From IMG/VR virus record IMGVR_UViG_3300029571_000007, positions 1 to 19,006 of that record: DNA of 19,006 nucleotides; one strand, given 5' to 3'. Shown here piece after piece: positions 16,319 to 19,006 of the stretch. The notes under the pieces are model-generated. The model saw only the letters and a list, made by a program, of their open reading frames with translations, was not told where the DNA came from and did not search any database. The number at the start of each line of letters is the position of its first letter. The stretch's first letter is position 1. Both the position numbers and the translations under genes were made by a program. The stretch is from a virus (Duplodnaviria; Heunggongvirae; Uroviricota; Caudoviricetes).

Positions 16319-16352
16319 TAAAATAGGAGAGTGCATAATACACTCTCCATAA
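16319..16352 (-). terminator. Terminator hairpin after the major capsid gene
   Basis: GGAGAGUGUA/UGCACUCUCC followed by UAUUUU. Confidence 0.7.
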
Positions 16353-16367
16353 AATATACACAGAATA

Positions 16368-17447
16368 CTAGGCAATGTTCTTGTAGAAACCAAACTTTCT
16401 CTGAAGTACAGTTGCTACACCCATTTTCTGCTGGTATTCGTATTCAATTGTCTTATCCATATTTGTGTTGCCATCAGATACTTCCTTAACCTGTGCCTCA
16501 CCCTCATCATAAATCTTGATGAATTTGTTGTCTGCAACAGGCATAACAAGGAGAACGTCATTTGCTACTAACTTCTTAGAAGTATCATTTGGAGCAAAAC
16601 TCTGAGGAATCTCTACAAGACGAATTCCTTCCCAGATACCAAGACGACCAGTAGTATGTCTTTCCTCTTTCATAGAGTCTGAAATCCACTGTGTATCAGC
16701 AAGAGCATTAAGCTTAGAAAGTGCTGTCTTAGTACCCATAATTACAGCTTCGACACCGTTTGCTGTCTGTACGTCCTCAACAAGAGTAATAAGAGTATCC
16801 TTATTTAATGTACCTGTCTTTGTAAACTGGCTTGTAGGAAGAACCTTGTCGCCAGCAGCCATAACAGCAGCATAAACCATATCGTTTACTTTCTTGTCGA
16901 AAGCTTCATAAATCTTATTGATAAATCCTGCCCAGTCAACCTTACCAGCCATAAACAGCTCGTACTCGGCATAAATCTTAACCCCGTACCAAGATGTCTT
17001 TACAGAGAATGTACTACCAGCACCAAGTCTCTGACGGAAGAGGTTGTGGTGGTTTCCACTTAATTCAGATACAGTTAATACAGTCTCATCAGGAACATAG
17101 AACTCATTTGTATCACCTGTATTCATAGACTTAACTTCTACGAATTCGTTGAAGAATGGGTTATCTCCCCAACCAGAAACAAGTAAATTCTCAACTGTCT
17201 CTTCAATAACTTCGAAGACATCAACCTTATGTCTACGAATTGCCTTATGTAAATCCTTGCGAGAACATTCCTCATCTACACCAAGAATCTCAAACATAAC
17301 TTCACGAATTTTAGCATCTGCATCTTCCTTAGATACATCTTTCTGCTTTCCGCAAGCAGTATCAATCATTAACTGAGAAAATTCAGTATAATCCTTATCA
17401 GCAAATACTTCTCTAGTATCAGCATTGCTAAATGTTAATTTCTTCAT
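16368..17447 (-). CDS. Major capsid protein
   Basis: 359 aa, SD GAAAGGAGG, follows the scaffold and decoration genes. Motifs VFEVIEETV, VIMGTKTALSKL and GRLGIWEGIRLVEIPQ are consistent with an HK97-fold capsid. Confidence 0.85.
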   Translation of the reverse strand: MKKLTFSNADTREVFADKDYTEFSQLMIDTACGKQKDVSKEDADAKIREVMFEILGVDEECSRKDLHKAIRRHKVDVFEVIEETVENLLVSGWGDNPFFNEFVEVKSMNTGDTNEFYVPDETVLTVSELSGNHHNLFRQRLGAGSTFSVKTSWYGVKIYAEYELFMAGKVDWAGFINKIYEAFDKKVNDMVYAAVMAAGDKVLPTSQFTKTGTLNKDTLITLVEDVQTANGVEAVIMGTKTALSKLNALADTQWISDSMKEERHTTGRLGIWEGIRLVEIPQSFAPNDTSKKLVANDVLLVMPVADNKFIKIYDEGEAQVKEVSDGNTNMDKTIEYEYQQKMGVATVLQRKFGFYKNIA

Positions 17448-17468
17448 TATTCTTTATCCTCCTTTCGA

Positions 17469-17948
17469 TTAAACCGCAGTAGCCTTTAATTTCTTAGCAG
17501 AAACAGCAACAGTGTCAGTTACAGCGGGTGCTTTATCAGTAGTGAATGCTTCGGCAGAAACAGTAAACACGTCACCGACATAAAGCTCGTACACTCTGAG
17601 AATGTCTCCTTTTGCATTGAAGAAATTTGACTCTTCCTGCATTTTTGTTGTGTACTCCTCATAAATAAGAGGTACGGAAAGAACTAATCCTTCACCGTCA
17701 CCAATAGCAGTAACTTCTACTCTGAATCCACCATTGGCTGCTTTTTCAATAATCTTTCCTGCGAAAGTAACAGCAGTATCTTCCTCATAAACCTCTGGTC
17801 TGAGATACGCCCCTTTTTTAACAATAGTTCCGTTATCAATATCTGCTTTTGCTTCGATGTTCCAGATATTTCCAATCTGAGTAGCCTTGAGCTTTGTAGA
17901 CTCAGCTACGGCATGTTTTGTACTAAAATCAATAAAACTTGTTGCCAT
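17469..17948 (-). CDS. Probable capsid decoration or auxiliary head protein
   Basis: SD AAGGAGG before ATG 17948. Lies between scaffold and capsid genes. IDNGTIV and LYVGDVFTVS motifs. Confidence 0.65.
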   Translation of the reverse strand: MATSFIDFSTKHAVAESTKLKATQIGNIWNIEAKADIDNGTIVKKGAYLRPEVYEEDTAVTFAGKIIEKAANGGFRVEVTAIGDGEGLVLSVPLIYEEYTTKMQEESNFFNAKGDILRVYELYVGDVFTVSAEAFTTDKAPAVTDTVAVSAKKLKATAV

Positions 17949-17976
17949 TTTAATTTCCTCCTTAATATTTTTGTGC

Positions 17977-18005
17977 AATAAAAAAGAACGTCTTATGACG
18001 CTCTC
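17977..18005 (-). terminator. Terminator-like hairpin after the protease/scaffold gene
   Basis: GAGAGCGUC-AUAA-GACGUUCUU followed by UUUUAUU. Confidence 0.6.
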
Positions 18006-18028
18006 AAAAAATGTGTTTATATTCTTTT

Positions 18029-19006
18029 TTACTTAAATAATGTTGAATAAGCCTTTGTCTTGCCAGTATCTTTCTTCATACTAAATCTAATCTTTGAAGT
18101 AGATTTCTTATTAGAATCATTCATAGAAAATGTTCCAACAGAAGATACATAGTCAGCAAAAATAACCTTTGCTTCTTTTTCAAGATCAGCAAGAGAGTAG
18201 TTGTCCATATTTTTCTTTAACTCAGTAAAAGCTTCGTTCTCAGCTAATACAGAGTATTTTTCATCAGATAACATAGCATCACGTTCTGCATGAATCTTTT
18301 CAAATTCAGCTTTATCATAATATCTCTGTAACTCATCAAATTCCTCGTTTGTGTGAGAGTGAGAATTCTTATACTCTTCGTACTTAGCTTTTAAAGAATC
18401 AAGTTCTGACATTTCTACAGTCTCTTCAACAGTTTCTTCTACAGAAGCCTCAATAACAGTTTCATCCTCCTGTACTTCTTCATTTTCAGATTCAGTATTT
18501 GTGTCTTCATTTACTTCTGCGTCAGGAGTTTCCTCAGTTGTATTTTCAACAACTTCCTCTGTGGACTCTTCATTTACTTCCTCAACAGTTTCAATTACTT
18601 CTTCGTTTTCGTTTTCGTTTTCCACAACTTCATCCTCCTTTCCGTCAGTGTTGTCTTTATTAAAATAAAAGGCTAATTCATTTTTGAGTTCGCCCATTAC
18701 TTTTGAAAATTCTTCTCTTTCAAGTGAATACTGAACAGGAATTACTTTTGATTCTACAAAACATGGTTCTGTATGTTCTGGACTTGTTTTGTCATCTGCC
18801 TTGCCTAAAAGACAAAGAGCAGAATATGTAAAGTCTGTTAATTCTGTATAGTTACTATCTTCCTCATAAGGTCTGTATTCTGATACAGAAATTTCCATTG
18901 ATTCATTAAAATAAAAGTCATCGGAATAAATAGCTTCCATTAACTCAGGATATCTACCAGTCCAAAGAACAATTTCGGCAGTAAGATATTCTGTTTCGAT
19001 TTCGTC
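18029..19006 (-). CDS. Prohead protease/scaffold fusion (5'-truncated by the window)
   Basis: The frame is open to the window edge (DEIETEYLTAEIVLWTGRYPEL). Motifs ESMEI, FTYSALCLLG and EPCF are followed by a very acidic linker and a coiled-coil scaffold tail. Confidence 0.75.
   Translation of the reverse strand, partial: DEIETEYLTAEIVLWTGRYPELMEAIYSDDFYFNESMEISVSEYRPYEEDSNYTELTDFTYSALCLLGKADDKTSPEHTEPCFVESKVIPVQYSLEREEFSKVMGELKNELAFYFNKDNTDGKEDEVVENENENEEVIETVEEVNEESTEEVVENTTEETPDAEVNEDTNTESENEEVQEDETVIEASVEETVEETVEMSELDSLKAKYEEYKNSHSHTNEEFDELQRYYDKAEFEKIHAERDAMLSDEKYSVLAENEAFTELKKNMDNYSLADLEKEAKVIFADYVSSVGTFSMNDSNKKSTSKIRFSMKKDTGKTKAYSTLFK

Noticed and set aside
5959..17376. Other overlapping ORFs (5959..6150, 9956..10141, 11049..11267, 13757..13948, 13929..14165, 15577..15951, 17149..17376)
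   Set aside because: They overlap well-supported genes and lack translation signals.
18400..18630. Repetitive GAA/GTT-rich DNA as a repeat array or CRISPR
   Set aside because: It is the coding sequence of the acidic scaffold linker. No repeat-spacer periodicity was seen anywhere in the window.

Overview
AT-rich (Firmicutes/Clostridia-like) tailed-phage or prophage morphogenesis region read almost entirely on the minus strand. Gene order: prohead protease/scaffold (runs off the right end), decoration protein, major capsid, head-tail and tail proteins, a Zn-ribbon protein, holin-type genes, a small XRE-HTH cassette, a RecU-like resolvase with an apparent ATA start, several hypotheticals, and the tape measure protein (TMP). 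The TMP gene is split by two different group I introns. Intron 1 (1095-3335) is complete and IA2-like, with splice sites fixed by P1, P10 and the terminal G. Its P9.1 loop carries two ORFs: an unlisted 55-aa protein and a 523-aa Zn-repeat Vsr/EDxHD-type homing endonuclease. Intron 2 (from about 458, running off the left end) has a different architecture and an unusually long 15-bp P1 enclosing a structured ~108-nt loop. A counter-oriented island at about 6840-7375 holds a 28-aa hydrophobic, type-I-toxin-like ORF and a consensus sigma70 promoter with an NrdR-box-like palindrome in its spacer, driving a ~160-nt ORF-less RNA. The late operon is dotted with terminator-like hairpins (one inside intron 1), a three-copy GGAGAGUG hairpin and two switch or kissing-loop structures, which suggests RNA-level control. 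Structures were paired by hand and protein calls rest on motifs and synteny; no database searches or folding programs were run.
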